DNA of 64,000 bases from positions 736,001 through 800,000 of the forward strand of contig CBDHDG010000005.1 of the NCBI GenBank assembly GCA_965261595.1, read 5' to 3'. How positions within the stretch are numbered: position 1 is the stretch's first letter; each line of letters starts with the position of its first letter. The translations under genes were made by a program, and so were the position numbers. Below the pieces are notes generated by a model, which did no database searches, had not been told where the DNA came from, and worked only from the letters and a program-made list of their open reading frames with translations. This document shows positions 20,816 through 36,451 of the stretch, in pieces. The stretch comes from a bacterium. Its GTDB lineage: Bacteria > UBA8248 > JACPRG01 > G963555815.

Positions 20816-22478
20816 CGGAGCAGATGGCCCGGAAGCTTAGTGACGTGGTGGAGACGGGGGATCAGTCTGTGCCGAACTCCCCTGAGTGTGCCGGTAGAGC
20901 TGGGTTTTCAAGGGATTGCGGCTTTAGGACGGCCGTTGCCCCTCGATTGAGCAGAGGGTTCTGCAAAGAGACCCTGAATCTGTAGTAAAATGGGGTACTT
21001 TGATGACACAGGAGGACCGCAGGATGGCTAAGAGTGGTCATCTGGGAAATCCCGGTTAATGCCAAATACACACTCACCGCCTCGGCATAGGCTTTCGCAC
21101 CGGTTCCACTGTCGCGAAGAGGAGTCGGGTCGTCGGAAAAACCCGCCGACAGCGCGTCACGCTCAATTTCAGAGCGGGTCTCATGCACCAAATCGCTGAA
21201 CGTGGTCAGCGCTACAAGCTGCCGGTCCGTGAACAGGTCTCCAAAGGTGCGTAGGCCATACGGCGGAGTCCAAAATGCACGCATATCTCCAGGAAGTGCC
21301 GTTTCGGGCTTCCATATCGGTTTTTCTGTGAAAGCAGTTTGCTCCTGCTCCCCTGATGGATCCAAATAAATGCGCCTGTTCTTACCCTCAGCGACTACGG
21401 CGATTAAGACCTGCTGCATCTTGCCATCCCTGCCGCTAGCTTTCACGTAATCCGGTGGAATCGCGCTGCCGGACAACAGACAACGAAAATGTGCCCCGCG
21501 CCCCGCCTTCGTTCCCGCCCTAGCCACCGCAATATCGTCTTTGGTCCCGCCCTTGCGGATACGGTAGCGAATCGTCTTCGCCGACTTGTCCAGGATGGGC
21601 TCTATCCACGCTTCCTTCTCGGTTTTGGAACTCAACAGGAAGCTTGACGCGATAGGCACCTGCACATCCGAGAAGGCCGGGTCCGGGCTCGGCACGGTGC
21701 GCGCCCATATCCAGGCGATCACCGTCGCCTTGCCGCCGCCATGCTCCTTGGGCAGGTCAACTTGCGGATACAGATGGCCGATGCGCTCGAATGCCCGCTC
21801 ACGCATCCAGGCCCCGTAGTATTTGACATCCTCGGCCAGACCCTCGGCGTTGCGGTAGTGGTTGCGTTCTTTCGGGTCTGGATGGGTGGGTTCCCGGTCT
21901 TTGAATAGCGGCGGAATCTCGATCATCGCTTTGCCGATCACGACGGCCACGGGGTTGAGATCGCTGCCATGGGCAGAAAGGCCAAGGCGCTGCGCTTCCA
22001 GCGGGATCGATCCGCCGCCCGAGAACGGATCGTAAATCGGGGGCAACTCGCCATCGCAGCTTAGGGCGATTTCCGCGCGAGCGCGGGCCAGCACCTCTTC
22101 GTTGGTCGAGTTTTCCCATTTCACGAGGTCTTCGATGATGCCGAACAGCCGGCGGCGCTCCGCATCCACGGCCTCTTGCGTCGGGAACCTGTCGGGATGG
22201 CTGGAGGGATCGTCCACCAACTGTGCGAACAGCACCGCCCGGCAGGCTGCCAGTGGACGCCTCGCCCACCACAGATGGAGCGTGGACGGATGTCCATGGC
22301 GGATCGATTTCTCCCGCGCTGACGCGGCGTTGATTGCATCAAGCGGAAGGGCAACCTCGATGAGTTTTTTCTTAACGCCTGGGTCCATAAAACTAGCCTC
22401 GTGTCTGTTCTGTTTTGGCGTTGTGATTGCGTTTTTCTGTTTTCATAGGAGCGCCTTTCATGCTTACCACCAAAGCGC

Positions 22479-22592
22479 TCATGTTGGTTCCTCCGCGCGT
22501 TCCAGAAACCGCTTCAAATTGTACTGGATGGCATCCTGCTCGAAGCTTGGCTCGTGTTCATCCAAAGCGCCCCGAACATAGCGTGGCGCACC
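22479..22592 (-). repeat. Orphan diverged copy of the helicase gene 3' end (38 codons)
   Basis: Direct repeat of 24834-24947; reads GAPRYVRGALDEHEPSFEQDAIQYNLKRFLERAEEPT*. Confidence 0.95.
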
Positions 22593-22612
22593 GCAGATTC
22601 GCCGCCTATTTC

Positions 22613-23632
22613 TCATGTGGTAGCTGCTAGTCCGGCTGCTTTAGAAATGTTCTTGGCCAGCTCTTTGTAATCGTCATAGGCATTGGTTACGGCCAATGAA
22701 TGACTGCCGATGGCCCCATCGGCAGAAGTCAACTGAAAGATCGGTTTGCGCATCTCCTGGGCCATTGGCACAAGGCTGCGGTAATGCCGAATGGTGGCCA
22801 GGCAATGTTTGTCTTTCGCCGGAGTAGTGCCTGGAGAAGATGATTCGTTCTCTTTTGCCATGAGCATTTTGGCGTATTCCACGGGTATTCTGTTGACCCA
22901 CTTGTCATAGGCCTTGACTGGCCGATCGAGCCTGACCCCGTGCTGCTGGATAATATACCCTACAGGTTGCATGTTGCCCTCCGGCAGTGGAAAACCTCGA
23001 TTTTCCCAATTCTCCAATCGTTTTTTCCAATCCTGACGCCATTGGTGCAACGTCGGACCAAGGTTGCGCAAACCTTGGAGTGAGAAGAGATCCGCCGCGA
23101 GAGGAACGATGACCTTGTCCGTCGCAATCAATGCAGATCGGTTGATGGCTCCGAGATTGGGGCCGACGTCGGAAATGATCACTGTTGCATCGCATTGTTT
23201 CGCCCCATCCTGCATTACAATCCAGAAGCTCGATAGGATACGAAATGCTCGATAAAGGATCTCGGAGCCGAGGGCATTGGGCCACTGCTCCGAGAGTGTG
23301 CTTTCGAAACTAGACAGCGCCAAGTCACCCGGCAAAACCGAAAGAGACGACGATATTCTTTTAGTGTCCGGCGACAGGAGATCGCCAACTTCCGTCAGCG
23401 GCTTGACGCACTGGAAGATAGTCGCCCCGCGATTTCCCTTTTGTTCCCTGTTCCAGATTTCTTCCAGAATATCTTCTTCGAGAAACGCGGCAGTCAGGTT
23501 GGCTTGTGGATCCAAATCGCATACGAGCACGGCATGGCCTATTTCAGACAGCATCCAAGCCAAATGATAGGAAAGCGAAGTCTTACCCACTCCGCCTTTG
23601 TTGTTAAAAAACGTGAGAACCGGAACGGTCAT
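22613..23632 (-). CDS. ParA/MinD-family ATPase
   Basis: FFNNKGGVGKT; DLDPQANLT; DVGPNLGAINR; ATGA overlap with the upstream gene. Confidence 0.9.
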   Translation of the reverse strand: MTVPVLTFFNNKGGVGKTSLSYHLAWMLSEIGHAVLVCDLDPQANLTAAFLEEDILEEIWNREQKGNRGATIFQCVKPLTEVGDLLSPDTKRISSSLSVLPGDLALSSFESTLSEQWPNALGSEILYRAFRILSSFWIVMQDGAKQCDATVIISDVGPNLGAINRSALIATDKVIVPLAADLFSLQGLRNLGPTLHQWRQDWKKRLENWENRGFPLPEGNMQPVGYIIQQHGVRLDRPVKAYDKWVNRIPVEYAKMLMAKENESSSPGTTPAKDKHCLATIRHYRSLVPMAQEMRKPIFQLTSADGAIGSHSLAVTNAYDDYKELAKNISKAAGLAATT

Positions 23633-24833
23633 TTATGCTTTCCTTCAATGATTGCCAAGATGCAGTTGTCGTTCACTTCAAATCTAAGCTCGGGGTTTCC
23701 ATTCTCGCCAAGCGCTTTACGCGTATTGGCAATGCCTACCCCGAAGCGTTGCACGAAACCAAGCACTTTAATGGCTTCCGACAGGTTCGGGTTGCGATAG
23801 TCGGTCATGCCAGGCTGCCCGAAATTCTCCCGCGTCACGATGCCGAACGGTCCTCCAGGATTCTGGAACTCGATGCGATCATTGAACCATGTAATCCGTA
23901 CCGGCGCATTCGTGTTTTCATAAGTCCGGTGCATAATTGCATTCCGCGAAATCTGCTGAAGGGCAACGAGTGGATAGGATGGTGATCGGAGTTCCGTATC
24001 CGATGTCGTCATATCGACTCGCGTATGGATATGCGCCTTCATCTTCTCGTCAATTCGCCTTACTACCAAGGCCAAGTCACCGCTGATTTCTTCCTCATCG
24101 ATTACATCTTCCGACAATTCCGTTCCATCAATACGGAGAAACTGGACCCACGCGTTGGGAATATAGTCACGCGGACTTGTGCCGAATGTTAAGAGACCAA
24201 GGACAGTCGGTATGGGCTCGTCGGCCGAGGCAACCATTTTCGTAGCTGCAAGACGCTCGTTCAGGCTTCGGTCATTTTCCTCGAGTGTTTCTGCACTGAA
24301 AGCCCTGGGAAGGTATTCATTTTCAAATTGATATCGATTTAAAGCCGAGATATCGGCGGTCGGCACGGGTTGGATATCAAAGGGCATATCCGAAGCGCGT
24401 CTTTTCTCGTTAAGAATTCGTTCATCTTGCACCGTCGCAATGCTGCGGCTTGGGCCAATCCGTACATGAATTCTCCCTCGATAACGTACTGGAGGGGAGT
24501 CCGACGGCATCACGGTTACAACGGCCATGTCGCTACCCATCATCTCTCTCTTCTCAACCAGCATAGTAGGCGGAGGCACAATTAGGCCGTCACTCTTCAC
24601 GTCGACAAGCTGACGCAAAACCTCATCCGTAATTTGCAGGCCCGTTGGTCGCCCTTTATCGTCGACACCCACAAACAAAATGCCCGGCTGACCGGTGCCT
24701 GGCAAGTCGTTGGCAAAGGCGCAAACTGCTTCCCGAAGAGTATTCGAAGCATTTCCGCTTAGTCCTTCTTTGAACTCGACGCAAAAAGCCTCCCCCTTTT
24801 TAAGAAGTCTCTCTAGTTCCTGATCATCCAATC

Positions 24834-24837
<4 letters not shown>
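23629..24837 (-). CDS. Schlafen/AlbA_2 domain + HATPase_c_4-like protein
   Basis: VEFKE..CAFAN..GILFVGVDD; NAIMHRTY; NPGGP; RNPNL; QRFGVGI. Confidence 0.88.
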
Positions 24838-28349
<3,512 letters not shown>

Positions 28350-28875
28350 CAATAAACCTCATGAGAGAAAACGACCTTCCCACGCGCCGCCTTCCATGAC
28401 GCGGGAGTCGAGCAACTCATGGGTGTTCAGGGAAAGAATATATCATAGAGGGATCCTGATAATGCATGCGTTGACGAAGGCATTTCGGCTTTGCCAGGGC
28501 TTGCCAGCGTTATCCTTTCTAGTCGCCACAAGAACATAGAGGCCATGATTCATTAGGGCAGATTAGTCCATTCAAGAAGGCTACTTGCGAATGCGCGAAA
28601 GTTGGTGACCTGCCCCCACCAACGAGACCACCTGTTACGTTAGACACGGGACCATTTGAAGTCCACTCCGGCCAGGGCTTGGTTGCTCTTGGGAATCTGG
28701 CCTCTGGCGCAGGCGGCTGGTAGGCCAAGGCGCTGTGAGGCCGTCGCTGGTTGTACGCCCGCCTCCTGTTTCAAATTGGCCAAATTGGCCAATTTCATGA
28801 GACGGTTTCAAATACGACAATTTGTCGTTTTTCAATGGTTTCAAATGGGAAATTTACCATTGCCGAACATACAGT

Positions 28876-29093
28876 GCGTGCCGGACCCGCCCTTTCCTCC
28901 TTCGACGCCGCCGGCAAACGATTCGCATTTCTTCGCACGGCTGCAGGCCGAAGACGATCCGAGCGTCTATGCGCAGGTGCACCCGGCGGGACCGGACGGT
29001 CCGCCCTTCGCGGTCCGGACGTGGCGCAAGGCGAATCCGGCGCTCGCCTACGGTTTGCCGGCCATCGAGGCGTTGCGGGCGGCCCACGATTGA
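28876..29093 (+). pseudogene. Terminase large subunit fragment
   Basis: TWRKANPALAYG motif typical of Terminase_1 proteins; short isolated piece. Confidence 0.5.
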
Positions 29094-29512
29094 ACGTAGA
29101 GCACCTCAAAGGGGGGCCTCCACCAAAAGCGGGTCGGAACGAAGAAGGAGGATCCCGTTCTGTCGAAGGCCACTCCCTGCCCGGTGACAGGGTTTCGAAG
29201 CCCGCCGTGAGTTATGGACCACCTTACCCGGTCCGCCCCCCGGATGATACGGTGTACCGATACGCCTCCCACGCCCGTTTCAGTCTGTCAAACCGTTTCC
29301 CCATGTCAGCCCAGCGCGCCGTTATCCTTCAAGCCTTGCTGGACCCGCTCCAAAACCTGCCTCTGGACCTCTTCGGCCTCTTCGGACGGGGCCGGGGCGC
29401 TCGGGGGCAGGTCAAGGATCTGACCGTCCGGGCCACGAATCACCATCACGATCGGGCCGTTTATCCTTTCCAGGTCCCCGAGGACGAGTTTTTGGATCGT
29501 CTTATCGCTCCC

Positions 29513-29884
29513 TCATCCCGAAGCGTCCGATTTTACCATACGGCGGACCTCACGAATCCGCAGACGGTATCCGGGAGGGATGATCATCTCCGCTTCGTCC
29601 GCGTTCGTGACGATTGCGAGCGTTCCCTTCGGGAGATTCCCCATTGAAACATAACCCGGCAGTTTCACATGCTTTTCGAACATCCCCTCGATCGATTTCC
29701 AGACCTTTTCCCCCATTTCCTTGGCGGTCGCGTTCGCGTCTGGGAAGGCATCAATGCCCCACACCTCGTCCCCTTCAGCGATGGGCTTCGACTTGGGTGG
29801 GCTCTTCGGTTTCGAGAATTTCGTCGGCTTCGGGGCCTTCGGAGGCTTCGGCGGCGGGGCGAAGGAAAGGCTTCCGCACCTCAA
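29513..29884 (-). pseudogene. Possible ADP-ribosyltransferase-domain remnant
   Basis: Pro/Lys-rich linker, then LPKGTLA...EAEMIIPPGYRLRIREV. Confidence 0.35.
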
Positions 29885-30214
29885 AGGGACTGGCAGGCTT
29901 CCCGCCTGGGGCCGATGCCGCCCGAATCAATGGCTACGATCCGTAAGGACGCATTCGAGGCGGTCCTGGCCGCATGCAGAACCCCTCCGAGCCTGTTTGT
30001 CGATAGCGATGGAACATCACAACACGAGGCCGTGAGACGGTGGCATTTGGGAGCGGTGTTGCCGCTCGCAAAGTTGCTCGAACATGAATTGACAATGAAG
30101 CTGGAAACGCCGGTTGAACTCAAATTCGATTCCTATGCTTTGGACATGGTGTTCGCGGGAAACCGTGGTCGCCAAGCTCGCGCAGGCGGGCGTTCCAATG
30201 GCGACCGCGCTTGA
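29880..30214 (+). pseudogene. Phage portal protein C-terminal fragment
   Basis: VLAACRTPPSLF...EAVRRW..AVLPLAKLLEHELTMKL..PVELKF. Confidence 0.5.
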
Positions 30215-30294
30215 CGCCGTGGGTTTGGGGTCGGGAGCGTAGGAACCGTGCCCCCCCCCTTACGATGGGTGTTGCGCGAGGCACATCTGGACGG

Positions 30295-30801
30295 CTAAGT
30301 CCCACCCGAAGCCCTCGGTTGTGCGTTCGCCGGGATACTGAACTTCGAGTTACAACGGGGACAACTCCAACTATCTTCGCCACACCCACCGCGCCCTCGC
30401 ATCTCTCCGAAACCAAGGAACGATTTTTGATTATTGCCATAGCAAAGTGAGCAAATCCAATGCGGTGGCTCGGAATTCACAACATCCGGCTTAAGGGCAT
30501 ATACCATCGTTCTCCCTATTGCCTTCATTTCGTATTTCTCTTTCTCCGCGCTCCAATCCTCCATCTTAGCCAATTTCGCTTTGAGCTCGGCTACATGATC
30601 GGTCAGTCTAGAGTTCTCGGATTGCAGATCAATAGCCGTAGTCCCTACGCTCAACAGATGTGTCTGTAGTTGCGCGACTTGCTCATTGATCTCGTCGAGC
30701 ATTGGCCCGGTATTGGCGCCGTCTTCTTTCAACGCGTTCCTGAAATCGACGAGGGATTTGCCGATGGTCACGATGCTATTTATGGTGTCAGGATCAAACA
30801 A
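30295..30801 (-). CDS. Coiled-coil + Zn-ribbon hypothetical protein
   Basis: Heptad-rich region, then CSLC...CPRC; TTG start after GGGAGAG. Confidence 0.7.
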   Translation of the reverse strand: MFDPDTINSIVTIGKSLVDFRNALKEDGANTGPMLDEINEQVAQLQTHLLSVGTTAIDLQSENSRLTDHVAELKAKLAKMEDWSAEKEKYEMKAIGRTMVYALKPDVVNSEPPHWICSLCYGNNQKSFLGFGEMRGRGGCGEDSWSCPRCNSKFSIPANAQPRASGGT

Positions 30802-31160
30802 AATATTCTCTCCCAAGTGGAGGAGTTGGGAACACTCGCAAGGCGAACTCGAGGATCTGGCCGCCGTACTTGAAACGCACGATTGGGGCCTGTAAGACCC
30901 GATTGCACAAATTGCGACGCTGCCGGATGGAAGCGCTTGGCCTTTAAATCCCAGCGGCCAAGACACTCCTAAGGGTTTTCACTCTTTCCTTCAAGTCGTC
31001 GATTTTTTTTCATCATACCGCCGACATCGATCTTCAGGCATGCGATCCGCGACTTCGCCGGGCCAGTGTTGACTCCCCAATTATCTAATTCAATCTGCTG
31101 ACACATTGCTGATACGACGCTTTATCCGTTTCAGTGAATCGTTGTAACTTATTGAAAAGA

Positions 31161-31235
<75 letters not shown>

Positions 31236-31574
31236 CTGAGATTCGGTGGGTGGTGAATCGACAAAGAGTCCTTTCGCCGGGGCGCGCGCCTTCCAGCCGC
31301 ACACTCGCGGACAATGCAAATCGACGGTTAATTTAGTCCAGCGTCCAATCCCCGTCAACAAGGGTTGCGCCTCCGGCTGGGCTGACGCGGACCGCTCCCC
31401 CGCCCGGTTCCTTGTCAACCCGGCCTCGAAGCGTAGATCATGTTACAAAGGGTTGCCATGGAGAAACCCAACCGCCGCTGAACCGGCCGGTGGGCATGGG
31501 TGCATCTTTCAAGTCCGCCCGCCGCGGCGCCGGGACGCTCACCGCCAACCCGCCATCGAGGGGAATCCGGACCG

Positions 31575-32645
31575 TTGAAATCGCCCATCCACGAGAAGCA
31601 TGTGAAGCGGGGCGCTGTCATGAGCGCCTGGGACGGGTGGGAGCTTCCCGCGCATTACGGCGATCCCCGGGCGGAGTATTGGGCGGCCCGCGACGGCGTC
31701 GTCCGAATGGACCGCTCTCACCGGACCCAGCTCCGTCTCGTCGGCGAAGACCGGCTGAAATTCCTCCAGAACATCCTCTCCAACGAAGTCGCCTCCCTTC
31801 CGCCCGGCCGGGGCGCGTATGCCGCGCTCTTGACGGCGACGGGGAAGATGGTCGCCGACTTTCGGGTGGCCGTCCTTTCGGAGTCGGTCCTCCTCGACGC
31901 GGAGGCCCGGTGCCGGGAGTCGGGCTTTCCTCATCTCGACATGTTCAACCTCGGCTATGACTGCGAGATCACGGATGAAACGGACGACTTCGGGATGGTG
32001 ACACTGGCCGGCCCCAAGAGCCGGGAAGCGGTTCGTGAAGTTTTGGGTGCGGCGCCGGACTTCGACAGGCGTTATGAATGCATGGCATTCGACTGGGGAG
32101 GCGCGGGAATGATCGCGGCCGCGACGGATCGCCTGGGTCCGCCCGCGATTGACCTCATCGTCCCGACCGGGAATCTGTCGCTGCTTTGGGACGCCTTCGA
32201 GGCCGTGCCGGCTTCGGGGTTTTCGGCCCTGGAGGCGCTCAGGATCGAGGCCGGCGCGCCCAGGTTCGGCGCGGACATGGACGAAACGGTCAACCCCATG
32301 GAGGCCGGTCTTCTGAACGCCCTCGACTTTGACAAGGGCTGCTACATCGGTCAGGAGGTGGTCGCCAAAATCGAATCGCTGGGCCACGTGAACCGGCGCC
32401 TTGTGGCCCTTCACATTGAAGGCGATACGCCGCCCGAAGCCGGCGCCGCGATCTTCGCGGACGGCAAGAAGGTCGGCCAAGTGACGAGCGCGGCATGTTC
32501 TCCGGCGCTGGAAGAGGTCGTCGCCCTGGGCTATGTACACAGGAAGGCCTCTTCAACGGGGCAGGCGTTGGCAATCGACTGCCGAGAATCGCGGGTCGCG
32601 GCGGTCGTCGGCGAACGGCCTTCCGCGTCGGGGGGGGGGGATTAA
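31575..32645 (+). CDS. YgfZ/GcvT-family folate-binding protein
   Basis: KGCYIGQE motif and GcvT-like N-terminus. Confidence 0.88.
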   Translation: MKSPIHEKHVKRGAVMSAWDGWELPAHYGDPRAEYWAARDGVVRMDRSHRTQLRLVGEDRLKFLQNILSNEVASLPPGRGAYAALLTATGKMVADFRVAVLSESVLLDAEARCRESGFPHLDMFNLGYDCEITDETDDFGMVTLAGPKSREAVREVLGAAPDFDRRYECMAFDWGGAGMIAAATDRLGPPAIDLIVPTGNLSLLWDAFEAVPASGFSALEALRIEAGAPRFGADMDETVNPMEAGLLNALDFDKGCYIGQEVVAKIESLGHVNRRLVALHIEGDTPPEAGAAIFADGKKVGQVTSAACSPALEEVVALGYVHRKASSTGQALAIDCRESRVAAVVGERPSASGGGD

Positions 32646-32778
32646 GACAGAGAGGTTGAGATTCAGGCTTCAGCGGGTCCGGAAAACCGTTTCGGACAAA
32701 CCTCTCTTGACACCCCTAGGCCGCCCAATATATATGGAGAGCAACGAGTTTGAGCGTCTCCATCGGACGCCCATCTTC

Positions 32779-32855
32779 GGGCCGCTAGCTCATCAGGTTA
32801 GAGCACCTGCCTTTTAAGCAGGTGGTGCCAGGTTCGAGTCCTGGGCGGCTCACCA
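32779..32855 (+). tRNA. tRNA-Lys(TTT)
   Basis: Anticodon arm CCTGC-CTTTTAA-GCAGG; GTTCGAGTCC; CCA end; TTGACA at 32707 upstream. Confidence 0.96.
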
Positions 32856-32895
32856 ATTGTCTGATGCCAAAATTGCCGAAGCCCTTATCTCAGAC

Positions 32896-32973
32896 GTCCC
32901 CATCGTCTAGCCCGGCCTAGGACACCGCCCTTTCACGGCGGCGACGGGGGTTCGAATCCCCCTGGGGACGCCA
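32896..32973 (+). tRNA. tRNA-Glu(TTC)
   Basis: Anticodon arm CCGCC-CTTTCAC-GGCGG; GTTCGAATCC; CCA end. Confidence 0.96.
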
Positions 32974-32987
32974 ATTAAATCAATATA

Positions 32988-33758
32988 TTACAGAGACCCT
33001 GCCACTCTCTCCTCTTGCTTAGTGTCCATATAGGTGTCCAGGCGATGGATTGCGGCCCGCTTGTGGTCGGGTGTCAGGTGAGCATATCGGAGGGTCATTT
33101 GCATCGACTTGTGCCCGAGAAGTTCCTTGACGGTCACCAGATCCGCACCCGCCATGACCAGGTGAGATGCAAACGTGTGCCGGATATCGTGGAACACGAA
33201 CCCCTCAATACCCGCTTTCTTTAGCGCCCTCTCGAATCGCCACCTGATATTCCTTAATTCGTTGCCATCCCTTCCCGGAAAAACATAGGGGGTATCCAGG
33301 CGACGTGGGAGGCGACGAAGGGTTTCCCGCAGGGTGTCGCTCATGGGGACTTCCCGCCTTTCCCCATTCTTGGTGTCCACCACCAGAACGACGCCATTTT
33401 GAAGGTCCAGGTCCTCCCATTGGAGCGAGAACAACTCTCCCCGCCTGAGTCCCGTGTGAATCGCCGTCACCAAGATTGGACGCAAGATTTCGTCCGAAAC
33501 CTCTAGGAGGATTTCAATTTCTTCTTTGCTCAGGTAACGCAACCGCTTGTTGTTCACCCTGAGCGGGCGGAAATGCCTGACGGGGTTCGAGAGTGCCATC
33601 CCCCATTCTTCCGCCTTGGTGAACATGTGCCGAAGGACACCGAAATCCCTGTTCAAGGTAGCTGGCTTCAGCAAGCTGGCCCGCCCTTCCACAAGCGTAT
33701 CAATGTCCCTCGGCGTAATTTGATCGAGACGACTCGGGCCAAATTCTTTTCAAAACGC
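32988..33758 (-). pseudogene. Tyrosine integrase, 5'-truncated by IS3
   Basis: TGLRRGE, TKNG, HDIRH, LLGH, LRYAH; ends 15 bp from the tRNA-Glu 3' end. Confidence 0.88.
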
Positions 33759-35029
33759 TGACCTGCCCCCCTGAAACCGGTCCGGTTTGAGAGTTAGGAT
33801 TTTCGCACGGCTTTCGGGACTGGATTGGCCTAGAAAGGGGGCAATGATGAGTCGGAAGCGATTCACCGCGGAGCAGATCATCCACAAGCTTCGTCAGGCC
33901 GAGGTGGAGTTGGCCAATGGGCAGAGGATGGCTCAGGTCTGCAAGACGCTGGGGATCTCCGAGCAGACCTATTACCGGTGGCGGCGGGAGTACGGAGGCC
34001 TGCGCCTGGACCAGGCGAAACGACTGAAGACACTGGAGCAGGAAAACGCCCGGCTAAAGAAGCTGGTGGCCGAGCAGGCCCTGGATAACGCCATCTTGAA
34101 GGAGGCCTCCCAGGGAAACTTCTGAGCCCGCCTGCGCGGCGGCGGGCGATGGAGCATGTGCGGGAGAAGCTGAGCGTGTCCGAACGTCGCGCCTGCCGGG
34201 TGCTGGGTCAGGCCCGCTCGACTCAGCGGCGCTCTGCCCAGGTCCCTGACGATGAGGCCCGTTTGGTGGCGCGGGTGACAGAGCTGGCGAGCGAGTACGG
34301 ACGGTACGGCTACCGGAGGATAACGGCTCTATTGGAAAGAGAAGGCTGGCGAGTGAATCACAAGGGGGTGGAGCGGATCTGGCGCCAGGAAGGCCTGAAG
34401 GCGCCGAAGAGACAGCCCAAGCGAGGGCGTTTATGGCTGAACGACGGCTCTTGTGTTCGCAAGCGTCCGTCTTATCGGAATCATGTGTGGTCCTACGACT
34501 TCCTGGCCGCGAGGACGCACGATGGGCGGCCTTTACGGATGCTGGCTGTGATGGATGAGTTGACCCGGGAGCGCTTGGCCCTTGATGTAGAGAGAAGACT
34601 CAACTCCGAGGACGTCCTGGACCGCCTCACCGAGTTGTTCGTCCGGCGTGGCCTGCCGGCTTATATCCGCTCGGACAACGGGGCGGAGTTCACGGCGAAT
34701 GCGGTGAGAGGGTGGCTCACCCGTCTTGGGGTGAGAACGCTTTACATCGAGCGGGGCAGTCCCTGGGAGAACGGCTATGTGGAGTCCTTCATCGGCAAGC
34801 TGCGCGATGAGCTGCTCAACGGGGAGATCTTCTACACCCTGACAGAGGCCAAGGTGTTGGTGGAGAGATGGCGACAACTCTACAACCGGGTAAGGCCCCA
34901 TAGTGCCTTGGGCTACCGGCCCCCGGCGCCGGAGGCCATCGAACCAATGCCTCCGGGCATCCCTACACTTTCGGATATCGGGGAGAAGAGACTAACTCAA
35001 AAAGTGGTACAACTTTAGGGGGCGGGTCA
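33759..35029 (+). mobile_element. IS3-family element B (IS407-like), copy 1; orfA 33844-34125, orfB to 35018
   Basis: IRs TGACCTGCCCCC / TGACCCGCCCCC; GGGAAAC at the orfA end; WSYDF, RSDNG, NGYVESF. Confidence 0.93.
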
Positions 35030-35936
35030 CGAGAAGGACGGACCGGGCGGACGCGATGAAGTCGATGCTTCCTTGGCCCCGGTAAATCGCCTTGCTCGAT
35101 TCGCTCTTTCGAAGATGGCGTACCGCCAGAATCGATATGTCATGGCGCTCGGCTATCTCGGCAAGCGGGGCCAGGATGGCCCGAGTCTGGTTTGCCCGAT
35201 AAGTGTCAACCTTCGCCCCCATATAGGCGATCAAGGGATCGATAACGACCAAAGCCGGTCGAAGTGCCGCAATCTCCACCTCCAGCGCAAGCATGCCCTC
35301 TGAATCAAAAACCATTGGGCGATTCCAGGCGCTTACACGAGACACATCCGCTCTCATCCTGTCCAAGCGCGGACGGATGGTGTCGGCAAGTCCGTCCTCT
35401 GCGGAAAGCAGGAGCACATCGGATGGCCCGAAAGGGTCGGCTTCGGGAAGGGAGACACCAAGACTGACCGCCGTTGCAATTGCAAGGCTGACCCACGATT
35501 TTCCCGTCCCCGGGTCACCTTCGAGAAGGGTCAGTTTGCCTCGGGGGATGTACGGATACCAAAGCCACGAGACATCCTCGGGTTCCACATCGGCCATGCA
35601 GATGATCGGACTTTCCTCCTCCCCGACCTCCTGAAGCGTGTGTATATGATTAGGGAGACGCTCCGGGTCCTCAGAGGCAAAAACCAGGGAGACCACGTAG
35701 TCGACCCCTCCCACCGTCGGAAGTACGCCGGCCTTGCGTAGCTCGTCATTCAGTGCATGTTGCTCGATGGTCTGCCCTTTTTGATCGAGGGCGATCATCG
35801 CCTTGAAGATTTCCCGGTGACGCTCATCCTCAAAGTTGTTCAATCCAACATCAGCGGCGATCTCCTTGAACGTCCGCGCCCCCGCGAGTACCGCCCCTAG
35901 GACCGCCTGCTCGGCCTGGACGCATACCGTTGTCAT
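35030..35936 (-). pseudogene. DnaB-N + AAA_25 helicase, 3'-truncated by IS3
   Basis: AEQAVLGAVL; VSWLWYPYIPRG; GDPGTGKS; VVIDP; RHLRK; RGQGS. Confidence 0.85.
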
Positions 35937-36119
35937 CCTCTGTTCTCCTCCCGCGCCGGGACCCGATTTTTTTTTCAACAAGGCGGTCGAGGTCTTCCCG
36001 CTTGATGAGAACGCGGCGACCCAACCGGACAACAGGGATTTTCCCCTCGGCGACCCACCGCCGAAGACCGTGAATGCTGACGATAGTTCTTGCGCGGCTT
36101 GTGTCATTGAAACCAACAT
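35937..36119 (-). pseudogene. Excisionase-like HTH, frameshifted
   Basis: MLVSMTQAAQEL, frame change, then VSIHGLRRWVAEGKIPVVRLGRRVLI. Confidence 0.75.
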
Positions 36120-36451
36120 CTTTAACTTCTCCCGTGTTCGGACCGACCCCATGCCGGACCATCACAGCGTATATGCAAGGAGAAAAAGCTTTTGTAAGGA
36201 CACAACCCCCCATAGATTTATCGGTTTTACGTAGGGTTGTGATCGCAAGAGTCGAATGGGAATTTTGAAATAACGCCCGGACCAAAGCGGTGAGGAAAGA
36301 GCAGGATTTTCTACTTCTCTCTTCTCAATCTGCGGTATCGCGAACCAATAGACGCTTGGCTCACAAAACCTGTCTCCTTGTCCTCCGTTGGAGGCGATTC
36401 ACTCAACCACCAAAAAGCGTCTGCCACAATGTCATACGTCTTCATCGCGGG

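Larger units (their letters stand above)
18413..21055 (+). mobile_element. IS1380-family insertion: partial copy (18413-19362) plus full copy (19363-21055)
   Basis: IRs CCCGCATTTCCCA / CCGGGATTTCCCA; TTAAT target duplication at 18408-18412 and 21056-21060. Confidence 0.93.

Noticed and set aside
22613..23632. Plasmid/chromosome partition system
   Set aside because: No parB or centromere repeats; the gene is embedded in a defence operon
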